From NCBI GenBank assembly GCA_963806535.1, contig CAWDYC010000010.1, forward strand, positions 32,001-96,000: 64,000 bases of DNA, given 5' to 3'. Shown piece by piece: positions 55,164-64,000 of this stretch. Each line of letters begins with the position of its first letter. The stretch's first letter is position 1. Source of the DNA: Candidatus Bathyarchaeota archaeon. GTDB taxonomy: Archaea > Thermoproteota > Bathyarchaeia > Bathyarchaeales > Bathycorpusculaceae. The position numbers were made by a program, and so were the translations under genes. A model generated the notes under the pieces. The model had not been told where the DNA came from. It saw nothing but the letters and a program-made list of their open reading frames with translations, and did no database searches.

Positions 55164-55642
55164 GCTTTCAGCTCCGGAATTAGTTTGCTGAAAATTACAT
55201 GTGCCAGTTTGGCTGGGTGAATTGTCTGGGCTTCTTCGATTTCTATGTTTCTTTCTTTGGCGATATCGAGTAGGTATTGTCGTGTTTGTTTTAGGAAGGC
55301 TGTGTCGGTGACTTCTTCAGGGTTGTCGTGCCAATACCATACCTTAATTCCAAAATTTGTGCTGTAGGTCAATATGGCTTTACGTTTTAGTGCTGGGTGA
55401 TATCCCAAAAGTATGCCTTCTTTTAGGTATAGTTTTGTAATTTGGAGGTCGTTTGCTTGTGCGACATCTAAAAGAGTTGTGGATAACCTGGCTTCTGCGG
55501 AAAGTTTGGTCTGGTTAATGAACTGCCTTGTGGTGTTAAGTTTTTGTGCGATTGCTGCTGCAGATAAGCCCTTGTTTAGTAGTGACCAAACGGTCTTTTG
55601 CTTTTGGCTTAGAGGTGACGCCAAGGTGCAACTTGCTCTCAT
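55160..55642 (-). CDS. HTH transcriptional regulator
   Basis: LSQKQKTVW...AAAIAQKLNTTRQFIN; GIKVWYWH. Confidence 0.75.
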   Translation of the reverse strand: MRASCTLASPLSQKQKTVWSLLNKGLSAAAIAQKLNTTRQFINQTKLSAEARLSTTLLDVAQANDLQITKLYLKEGILLGYHPALKRKAILTYSTNFGIKVWYWHDNPEEVTDTAFLKQTRQYLLDIAKERNIEIEEAQTIHPAKLAHVIFSKLIPELKA

Positions 55643-55652
55643 GAACCTTCAC

Positions 55653-55676
55653 TTGTAAATAATAATTTATTTACAA
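55653..55676. promoter_or_regulatory. perfect palindromic operator
   Basis: TTGTAAATAA-TAAT-TTATTTACAA between the TATA box (55678-55685, minus strand) and the HTH start codon. Confidence 0.7.
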
Positions 55677-55774
55677 TTATTTAAGACTGCTGGTTGCATT
55701 AAGCGTTCTACCCTTAGAACAAAGTGTTCTATGATTAGAGCTAAAAGCTGTAGGTTATTACTATAGAATTAGCG

Positions 55775-56713
55775 ATGAGTGATATGAAAAACTTCAAAGT
55801 TAAATTGACTGAACGTTCTTGGGAATCAACTTCATCAATAGAACAGGAAAACACCTCATTGGCTCCGAAACGTCGATTATCTGGAAGAAAAATCTACTTT
55901 ATGATATTTGCAATTATTGCAATTTTGATACTTGCGGTCACTCTGCTGATTCCGCAGGGAGCCGCCTCAATACCACTTAACGTCAACTATACTGTTGGAG
56001 AGAAGATGGTTTATGATGCTACGATGACTAGTTCTTTTCAATATGGTAATTCGGCTTTGCCAACAGGGATAACTTCTCAATTGCCAAATAATACAAGTAT
56101 AAACATGCAGCAAACAATCGAAGTAACTGGTTTCGACGGTGAATATTATACTTTAAACCACACGATGACTTTGAGCACAAACAGCAAACCGTTAAGCATC
56201 TCATTAACTGAAAAGATGAATAAGACAGGGTACTCAGCATATTTGCTTGACCTTGGAACTACACAACAAGAGATACCAAACAATGGCGTTACAAGTGCCT
56301 CTTATCTTGCACAACTGTTAAGCAAGCCAGAGGTTAAAGTTGGAGATTCAGTTGAGGTTCCATTTCCCGGTGGTAATTCAAGCATTGGGATAACCGGAGA
56401 CTTAACGATAACTTTCAAAGGCATACAAGACCTTACGGTTCCAGCTGGAACATTCAAGGTTTTTAGAATCGACATAATTAGTAATAATCTAAAGATGAAC
56501 TACAACCTGCCAACAGCCAGTTTAAGCAACTTTACCCCAGCCAATATTAGTATGAGCTTAGATATGAACTCTCAAATGTATATCGAATATGGATCAATGC
56601 GGCAGATAAAGTCAATCATGCAAGAAACGGTTTTGATGCAATCGGTAACTCTGAATTACGGAATGAGTACGAATATGGATATGACGCTCGTAGAGCATAT
56701 TGCGCCTTCTTAG
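55775..56713 (+). CDS. membrane-anchored secreted protein
   Basis: TM helix then YTVGEKMVY and LTVPAGTF motifs. Confidence 0.7.
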   Translation: MSDMKNFKVKLTERSWESTSSIEQENTSLAPKRRLSGRKIYFMIFAIIAILILAVTLLIPQGAASIPLNVNYTVGEKMVYDATMTSSFQYGNSALPTGITSQLPNNTSINMQQTIEVTGFDGEYYTLNHTMTLSTNSKPLSISLTEKMNKTGYSAYLLDLGTTQQEIPNNGVTSASYLAQLLSKPEVKVGDSVEVPFPGGNSSIGITGDLTITFKGIQDLTVPAGTFKVFRIDIISNNLKMNYNLPTASLSNFTPANISMSLDMNSQMYIEYGSMRQIKSIMQETVLMQSVTLNYGMSTNMDMTLVEHIAPS

Positions 56714-57197
56714 GAGATGGATTACAGTGGCGATAAGACTGTTTGATGCGACTCTTATCGGCTTAATCCTAATTTCCCTAATCTTTTTAGGGATGGCATT
56801 TTTGCTTATTGATATTCCAATATTTAATGCTATTAACCCATTATTATTACAAATGTCTGTTTTGGGCATGTTTTTAGGATTGATTTTTGGATTAATTGGT
56901 GGATATTGGTATACTAAACAACAACTTAGAATATTGGCAGAAAAGATTGAATTCAAAGGACTTGGATTAAGGAAAATGTACTATGCGTTGTTTTTGGGTT
57001 TTGCAGTATTTCTCGTTTACTCTTTTTTCGTGTTCTATTATAAGTCAGTTGTTTTAGGTGATAGTTTAATTACCTTTGTTACTTCCGCTATTTTTACAGC
57101 TTATTTAATAAGGTTAATTCTTGTGTCTTCATGGGAAAAGAGAGCAAAAAAAACTATAATGATGGCTCAAAACAAGTTATATACAGTTCCCAAATAG
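56700..57197 (+). CDS. hypothetical membrane protein
   Basis: Four TM helices. Confidence 0.55.
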   Translation: MRLLRRWITVAIRLFDATLIGLILISLIFLGMAFLLIDIPIFNAINPLLLQMSVLGMFLGLIFGLIGGYWYTKQQLRILAEKIEFKGLGLRKMYYALFLGFAVFLVYSFFVFYYKSVVLGDSLITFVTSAIFTAYLIRLILVSSWEKRAKKTIMMAQNKLYTVPK

Positions 57198-57256
57198 TCC
57201 TTAACTCTTGAAAGTATAGTTTGGATGGGTTTTACACTTGCTAGGGAAAGGTCTAG

Positions 57257-58838
57257 TTAATGAATTGTTTGATTCCAGTAAATTATACGCTGATATTTGC
57301 CAGCAGTCAAAAAGTTAGGGCCATTGTAGATTATGTCAAGTTTTGATCCATATTTAGCAAGTGATGTCTGGAGTGCATTCCAAACTTGCTGGGAGCTATC
57401 GGGTTGCCATAAGCCCCATACAGAATCTGTTGGGTTTCGTAGGCTTGAGCCATAGTCACTTGGCAGAACTAACGCATCCTGTCCTTTCACATTATTGGTT
57501 ACTTTGGGATTCTGAACTACATTCGTCCAAAACCTTTGGATCGCGGCGAATTGTTCATCTTGTAAAAGCCCAGTAGTGTTACTGTTTGGTGCATAGTTGA
57601 AGATAACGCTGTATTCAGCGCCATCTTCGTACGCATGTTGCAACTCATTGTATATTTTGTCACCAGTTTGGAGGTTAAGCGGTGATTGGCTTGCTGGCTC
57701 AATCATCACTCCCCAAGTCTTGTCTTGCATATCTGCAGCACCTCTGATTAAAGCTAACGTTTGGGCATCAGTTTGCTGACCAAATTGTTCGGCAAAGACA
57801 GTATTGTAGCCTGCAAGGATAGTCAAACCAGTATAGACCATAATCTGAGGTGAAAAGTTTAACATCGGATTGATTACCAATTGATGATAGGGTATTTTGA
57901 AGGTTGCTTACATAGAGATTAGCTATGTTAGTATCATTCAGAAGCGGATTTAGATTCCAAACTTGTTGATATGATTGAAATTGGGAAATATTCCCCTGAT
58001 TTGTTACCATCTGACCATTTTCATCTGAAACTCTTCCGTTTGGCTCATAATTATAAAACAATGTTGCACTTGCTACGTAACAAATTGTTCCATTAGGGTA
58101 ATAAATGGTTTGAGAGGGTGTTACCAGTGTTTCGCTTGTTGTTTGATTAGTCCCCGTGGAATTTCCGGTCCAAATAATTCTTCCCAAATTCATTAAAGGA
58201 TATGATGTTACCGTTACTATTCCAGACGGTATATAGAAGTTGTATTGATTTGAAGTTGAATTCAATCCTGACCCTGATAATTCAGGAAATGAGATGCTAT
58301 TCGTATTTCTTGCAATGATAAGGTTTGGATCAACAAATGATGAGACGCTATCAATATTTCTCTCGATGGTAATATTTTTTGTGTTATTACCGTTTAAACC
58401 GAATGAAATAGAGTCAAACAAGTGCCCTGCTGGTTCATCGTTGAAATATACTCCAAGATAATGGCTACCCCAACGTGACTGGGCTTCATTAAGAAATGAA
58501 TTTAAATTGTCTCCCAAGCAGTGGTCAGTATAACACAAAATTATGTTCAATCCTGAGTTAGCGGCATAATCGCATATTTGCTCAGTCGCAGTAAAATTAA
58601 GCATTAATGGCCCTGACTGTAAAACAAACAGGTTAGTGTAATTCTTAACCCTGTCAATTTGTTGTTGGGCTTCAATAACTGAACTTCCACAGTAAGTAAT
58701 GCCTACATAGAACGGCTTTTTGCTTGCCATAGAAGTAGATGGTGATTTGCTGTTTTCCATAGCGCCAAAAGATGACACAACAATAATGGCTATTATCGCA
58801 ATGGACGCGATTAATACTAAGCGTCTCTTGTTAGCCAT
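57257..58838 (-). CDS. secreted glycoside-hydrolase-like protein; frameshift near 57820
   Basis: FYVGITY, GVYFNDEP, LFTSDYGLYWFDY-AGYNTVFAE, WGLW. Confidence 0.7.
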
Positions 58839-59095
58839 TAAGGCATTTCTAACTTGCAATAGCAAACCTTTTCTCTTCCATTGAAGTTAGCCATTACAAC
58901 ACTGTATTTATTTCTATACATTAGAACATGCTAGAAAATCTTTCGCATCCTATAGCACAAAAAACTGCATATGCGTAGGTATATTCTTGACTGCATAAGA
59001 GTTTTTGACGATAAAAATCGTCAAGCAAAAAAAGAAAAATAAGAAAACAGCACAAAACTTAGAAAAAAATTATCAAGCTGATTTGAAGAATTTAG

Positions 59096-59641
59096 TTAAG
59101 AGCCATTGACTATTATTATGTTTATTGGTACTGTTTGCAAACGGCTGGTGGCGATTAAGTTGTTATCAGTTTCATAAAAACCTGCAAGTTGGTACACGCC
59201 AGTTGACGCTTGGGGTGTACTGCGGTAAGAGCCTGTATTCCAATTAAAAGTGTCATTAACGCTTTTTTGTGGGTCAAGCGTTACAGCCCCATTGTAGTTT
59301 CCTGTGCCATCTTCCGTCCAGACCGAATCGTTTTCACTATTCCGAACGTCAAAACCGAGGTATGCGTCACATAAGTATGAGTTATTAAAAGCGTTATTAG
59401 AAAAAACGGTCAATGCCTTATGACCAGTATTGGTTAACGTCACTGTCACGTAGATTTCTGCTCCTTGCTTATAGGTTGTTGATTCTGAATTCAGAGTTAG
59501 GAAAACTTGTAAGCCATCATTGTTAACGCTACTCTTAACGGTATTGACAGCGGTACCATAAATATTGAAAAAGTAAAGACTCGCCAACAAGGTTGCCAGA
59601 ATCACTGCGAAAGCCATAACGGCTAACTTTTTCTTATACAT
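59096..59641 (-). CDS. secreted Ig-like domain protein
   Basis: Signal/TM helix; YKQGAEIYVTVTLTN...GVY. Confidence 0.65.
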   Translation of the reverse strand: MYKKKLAVMAFAVILATLLASLYFFNIYGTAVNTVKSSVNNDGLQVFLTLNSESTTYKQGAEIYVTVTLTNTGHKALTVFSNNAFNNSYLCDAYLGFDVRNSENDSVWTEDGTGNYNGAVTLDPQKSVNDTFNWNTGSYRSTPQASTGVYQLAGFYETDNNLIATSRLQTVPINIIIVNGS

Positions 59642-59699
59642 TGCATTGAGATAAAGCTCCGTTTCTATTAAAATTAATCCTAATGGTTCACTTCAAGAA

Positions 59700-60118
59700 C
59701 CGCAAGCAAAAGGCTTAACGAAAGCAAGATGCCCCAAAAATATTCAGGTTACTGCACAAATAAACAATGATGTTAAAAAAATTATGTCTGATGCTACTTG
59801 CCTAAAGCGGGTGCTTGGTAACCTGATATTGAATGCTATTCAAGCTATGCCAAATGGGGAACTTTGATGGTGGTTGCCAACAAGGAAGCAGACGATGCTG
59901 TCATTACTGTTGCGGACACGGGTGTAGGTATACCTGACGAAGTTAAGGCTAAGATGTTTACTCCAATGCTCACTACCAAATCTAAGGGGCAAGGCTTTGG
60001 ATTGCCAGTTGTCAAGAGAATGGTGGAAGCTTTAAACGGCAAAGTAACCTTCGAAAGCGAGACAGGCAAAGGAACCAAATTTACCATACGATTCCCGACC
60101 AGCGAAAATAAACCTTAA
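59700..60118 (+). pseudogene. histidine kinase HATPase_c fragment
   Basis: N box LKRVLGNLILNAIQA, DTGVGIP, TTKSKGQGFGL, GKGTKF; no HisKA or sensor domain upstream. Confidence 0.7.
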
Positions 60119-60124
60119 TCAGAC

Positions 60125-60320
60125 TTTACAAGTTACATTCAAAAGAAAAATAAAAAGAAGTAATTACAAACTGCATTCAACATGGGTTATTATGATTTGT
60201 CAGGGAAGATAAATTCCGACCAATTAGCGGAGAAGTTGGGTTTTAGTAAACTTCACTTTTGTAGTCATAGAGGGAAACCAGAGCGACGATTACTAGCTGA
60301 GATGCTTGGGAAAAAATAAT
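60125..60320 (+). pseudogene. bacterio-opsin-activator-type HTH (HTH_10) fragment
   Basis: Manual translation LQTAFNMGYYDLSGKINSDQLAEKLG...ERRLLAEML. Confidence 0.55.
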
Positions 60321-60552
60321 CTATTCGCCTTATCTGAAAATTTTTGAACTATGTTTGAAAGTTCATCGGTTCTACACTTCGAAAGGGTTAAGTCTTTATG
60401 AACTTGAACCTGAAACGGTCCAAAACCTTTGTTTATGAACAATAGCTTCCTTTAACTGTAGGTGGATGAATAATTTAGTTTTGATATCTGTTTCAAAATC
60501 CGAAAACCAAACACCAAAAGAGCGAGAAATCAAAGCGAAGCAAATTAATTGT

Positions 60553-60593
60553 TTATTGCACAAAAAATGTATTCGTGCAAAGCCTTCTCGATT
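60553..60593. repeat. 41-bp hairpin repeat, copy 2
   Basis: 38/41 identical to 53639-53679. Confidence 0.75.
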
Positions 60594-60717
60594 GGCATTA
60601 AGGTAAGCTACTTTGTCTAAACAAGCCAAAACACGGACAGTGGAAGAGATTAACCAGAAAATCAAAAAAGCGACGTGCAGGTTTTAAGCGCTGACGAAAT
60701 GAAAAAACTAGTTAAAA

Positions 60718-60780
60718 AAAGCGGCGTTGTAGTCGCCTTCAAATCGGCAAAAGGCGGCGTGACCTTGCGCTTTCTTTTTA
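60718..60780 (+). terminator. GC-rich stem-loop followed by a T-tract
   Basis: AAAGCG..GTCGCCTT-N-AAGGCGGC..CGCTTT then CTTTTT. Confidence 0.3.
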
Positions 60781-61066
60781 GTTTGTGGAAAATATCCTTT
60801 TTTATTAATTTCCAAACTTAATACAAACAAAGTTGCCTAGTTTTTTATGATGGTGTTTCTTGATTTATTTATCTATAAAATGCGAAATTTCCTTTGTAAA
60901 GCTTGAATCATAACTGTTAATAGATTATAAATAGTTAAGGCGTTGATGTTAGTTTGTCAGAACTATACTGTTCTGGAGGCTAGTAACGGCTTAGTTCCAA
61001 TTGAGGAATGGAAAAGGTCAAGTGGAACACAATGAGGTTTCCACCTAAATATATGGAGGTAAAATA

Positions 61067-63865
61067 ATGATTAAAACTTCCAAACAAAAACTCTTCTCAA
61101 CAATAGCTTTCTTGATAGTACTCTTAATTTGTAGCACCTATGCATACAATACCCCTCCTGCTCATGCAAAGTTGACAGCGCAACAACAAGCACTAACAGT
61201 CACAAACAACGTGCTAGGAATTAACACCGCCAGTTTCAATATTACCTCAAAAGACTATCCATCAACCTCCCAAACTGCTTTCTTAGGTATCGTTCCACAA
61301 GAGAGCATAATTTACAATCTCACATCTAGTCGAGAGAAACTTAATTTACTCTACACTTTTGCAAACGGAAACTTACAATTGTTACAGGTACTTGATGACG
61401 GGTCCTCCTCAGTGAAGTATGCACCTTTATCGAACGCTACTCAAGTCAACGCAGTTGGGGCTCAAGCCTTCCTTAGTCATTACCGAGCATACACAGGCAA
61501 CTTACTTTATGATAACTTGCGATCCACTTTAAACGCACTGAAAGGCAACGTGAACCAAACTGTTACTTCTGGGAATATTCGTCTTGAATCAACATCTTAT
61601 GCAGACGGTAGTACTAATTTTAAATGGTATTACACTGCCAATGGCGCCTCTGCCGCTTATACAAAATTCATTGCTTTGGAGTTTGATAATGGACGTTTAA
61701 CTGCTTTCGTAGACAATTGGTCTATCTATAATATCGGTAACACAATCGTAAGCATTTCAAAAGATAAAGCAATAGCAATCGCGCTGGAAGCTGCAAAAGC
61801 GTATGCTTATAATATGAGTCTTCAGATGGACGGATTCAAAGACCAGAGCATAAATGAAACAAGCATACAATGGTCCTCGTTAGTTCTTGATAGCTCTCTT
61901 AACGCTAATCTGACTAGAAGCAACGATAAGTTATCTCTCTATCCAGATTGGCGCTTCGGCATTCAATTGGACAAATGGTATGGCGAAATGTACGGCATAG
62001 AAGTCGATGTCTGGGCAGACACAGGACAGGTGAGAGATGTACAAGCCGCATACTCGGCAATGACACCGGCAGAAAATGCTTCGGTAGCAAGTCCCAACGG
62101 TCAAGTAACCGCCTCTAGTTTAAACCCAAACACATTAATCTTTATTTCATTTCCAATCATTGGTTTAACAATAGCAGGCGCTCCAATCTTATGGGCAAAT
62201 TACGGGAAGAAGCTTAGCTTTAAGCAGCAAGGCAAATTTTCAAAGAAGATTATCGTCATAAGCCTCTGTCTGATAATGGTATTGCCAATATTCATGGAAA
62301 GCATAGGAACGGCTAATGCCACAACTAGGGGCGCAGCAGTATGGGGATCGCAGAGTGACGGCGCGGTCAATCCCCCACCGCCAAATGGCGACGGATCGCA
62401 TTGGCGCAAAAGTCCGGATGAGATAACCGACCAAAAGAATACTGCTGGGAACATCTCATATTACTTCTCACAAAACGGCTATATAGGTAATCCCGATGTC
62501 GCTAACATTGATCATCAAGGAGTTGCCGCAACAAAAGCTCAAATCAACACTGACATTATAGACTTGCAGAATAGTAACGATTACATCGCAGTTGTCGATT
62601 TTGATCATGGTGTTGGAGGCACTCCGCAATTGATCGGTGAGCCTGCTCCACCTGACGAGTGGCATTACATGTTCGAAGATGATACGGGTACACTGATTGG
62701 CGGCGAGGCATCTCCAACCCCATACCCACAAGGTCACTACACTGATTTCAACCATGGCATATTTGATATGGACATACACCAGTGGGTTCAACAAAGCAAG
62801 GTTACCTTTGCGTTCATCAATACCTGCTTATCCGCCGATACAACGACCTGGGGTCAAGGAATGTTACCAGCGGAGTGGCCAGCATACCCTGCAAGAGCAA
62901 TTGGAATGCCATTTGCTTGGACAAACCGGCTAGTGGAAAATCCATCAACTTACTCAGGCTTCACAATAACGCAAGATATAAGCAACGACGGATACAATAA
63001 TCCAGATTGGGGCTACCAAGTTTACATAGGCTTTCCAATCGGATCAGCATCGCTATCTCAAGGCATACCCTTTGATGGAGGCGGCGGCAACCCATACTAT
63101 TATTGGGTTTACTCATTTTTCTACAATGCTTTATACACTAGCCAAACAGTAAACCAAGCATTGAACAGCGCTTCATTGCAATTCTTAGGACATAATTTTG
63201 GCGATTCAGCTCTTCGGACAGGATTCCCCGCATACTGGTGGCATCTAGGAACCCAACCAGGCTCTACAATGGCTGTATATGGCAACGGCAATATAAGATT
63301 ACAACAATTCACCCCACCTGCCGATGTAGCAAATCCGCAGTCAATCAATGGCCCAACAGCAGGAAGCGATAACACTCAAATTGGTCCATTCAACGCCTTT
63401 GCAACAAACCCTTATGGAAATAGCGTAATGTACCAATTCAGCTGGGGCGACGGCTCATACACAACGACAGAAAACTATTATACAGATGGTCAACCGGCCA
63501 CAGGAATATACCACAGCTGGGCAACAGGCGGAACATATAGCGTTAGCTTCCGAGCAAAAACTCAAAATAGCGACTGGAGCAGCTGGTCAAATCCTATAAC
63601 AGTTAACATTAACCCACCGCCAACATACACTACAACAATCAATGTCTATTACACTTGGGGAGGAGACCCAGATTACATCACCTATCAGTATAGCTACACT
63701 ACTCAGTTATCTTATGGAAGCAACTATCTCGACTTCACGAATGGCCCATACGGAGGGTACTTCATGCAAGCATACAACTACGCTGATTCATCTATGCACT
63801 ATTCTTCTGCGGACACATATTGGACTGGTTACGGCACCTCAATAGACGTTTTGTGGACTTGGTAA
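61067..63865 (+). CDS. large two-part surface protein with internal TM hairpin, possible clan CD peptidase-like domain and PKD-like domain
   Basis: Signal peptide; PepSY-like ISKDKAIAIA...VWADTGQV; two central hydrophobic helices; DFDHG and INTC; FSWGDG...HSW..GGTY. Confidence 0.75.
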   Translation: MIKTSKQKLFSTIAFLIVLLICSTYAYNTPPAHAKLTAQQQALTVTNNVLGINTASFNITSKDYPSTSQTAFLGIVPQESIIYNLTSSREKLNLLYTFANGNLQLLQVLDDGSSSVKYAPLSNATQVNAVGAQAFLSHYRAYTGNLLYDNLRSTLNALKGNVNQTVTSGNIRLESTSYADGSTNFKWYYTANGASAAYTKFIALEFDNGRLTAFVDNWSIYNIGNTIVSISKDKAIAIALEAAKAYAYNMSLQMDGFKDQSINETSIQWSSLVLDSSLNANLTRSNDKLSLYPDWRFGIQLDKWYGEMYGIEVDVWADTGQVRDVQAAYSAMTPAENASVASPNGQVTASSLNPNTLIFISFPIIGLTIAGAPILWANYGKKLSFKQQGKFSKKIIVISLCLIMVLPIFMESIGTANATTRGAAVWGSQSDGAVNPPPPNGDGSHWRKSPDEITDQKNTAGNISYYFSQNGYIGNPDVANIDHQGVAATKAQINTDIIDLQNSNDYIAVVDFDHGVGGTPQLIGEPAPPDEWHYMFEDDTGTLIGGEASPTPYPQGHYTDFNHGIFDMDIHQWVQQSKVTFAFINTCLSADTTTWGQGMLPAEWPAYPARAIGMPFAWTNRLVENPSTYSGFTITQDISNDGYNNPDWGYQVYIGFPIGSASLSQGIPFDGGGGNPYYYWVYSFFYNALYTSQTVNQALNSASLQFLGHNFGDSALRTGFPAYWWHLGTQPGSTMAVYGNGNIRLQQFTPPADVANPQSINGPTAGSDNTQIGPFNAFATNPYGNSVMYQFSWGDGSYTTTENYYTDGQPATGIYHSWATGGTYSVSFRAKTQNSDWSSWSNPITVNINPPPTYTTTINVYYTWGGDPDYITYQYSYTTQLSYGSNYLDFTNGPYGGYFMQAYNYADSSMHYSSADTYWTGYGTSIDVLWTW

Positions 63866-64000
63866 GGTAAATTTTTACTCTTCTTTTTCTCTTTTTTTGC
63901 GAAAAACTAGCCAACCCTTAACGTTACATAGTTACTGTAACGATTACTGAACCTAATCGGTAGCAAATGAATAAACAATACTAAATCTTCTTTTTCATGG

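Noticed and set aside
1-64000. tRNA or rRNA genes
   Set aside because: No cloverleaf or rRNA-like tract was recognised by eye; tRNAscan-SE was not run.

Overview
Archaeal chromosome segment of low-to-moderate GC. Gene content points to Bathyarchaeia (inference): DUF5752 proteins, PQQ-type beta-propeller and Kelch surface proteins with PEF-CTERM-like tails, TrmB/AbrB regulators, BRE/TATA promoters and GGAGG(TGA) ribosome-binding sites. Recognisable core genes are clpB, argG-argH-carA-carB, a divergent ACT-domain gene, and thrC-hom-aspartokinase. Many genes, including carB and thrC, are broken by single-base indels, most likely long-read assembly errors. Accessory regions hold two diverged IS4/IS5-type DDE transposase copies with shared terminal inverted repeats; the second copy's TIRs enclose a Kelch surface-protein gene as apparent cargo. 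The strongest unexplained signal is a dispersed intergenic repeat family of about 10 full and several partial copies in 44 kb. Each full copy has a ~60-bp A/C-rich core, usually preceded by an in-phase array of 10-bp units whose sequence differs from locus to locus. Also noted: a structured ~150-nt 5' leader, an unannotated 21-aa basic micro-ORF, probable non-canonical start codons, a DUF2400-like/PD-(D/E)XK fusion, and an HTH + RGWLP membrane-protein operon with a palindromic operator. All family assignments are from motif recognition; no searches were run.
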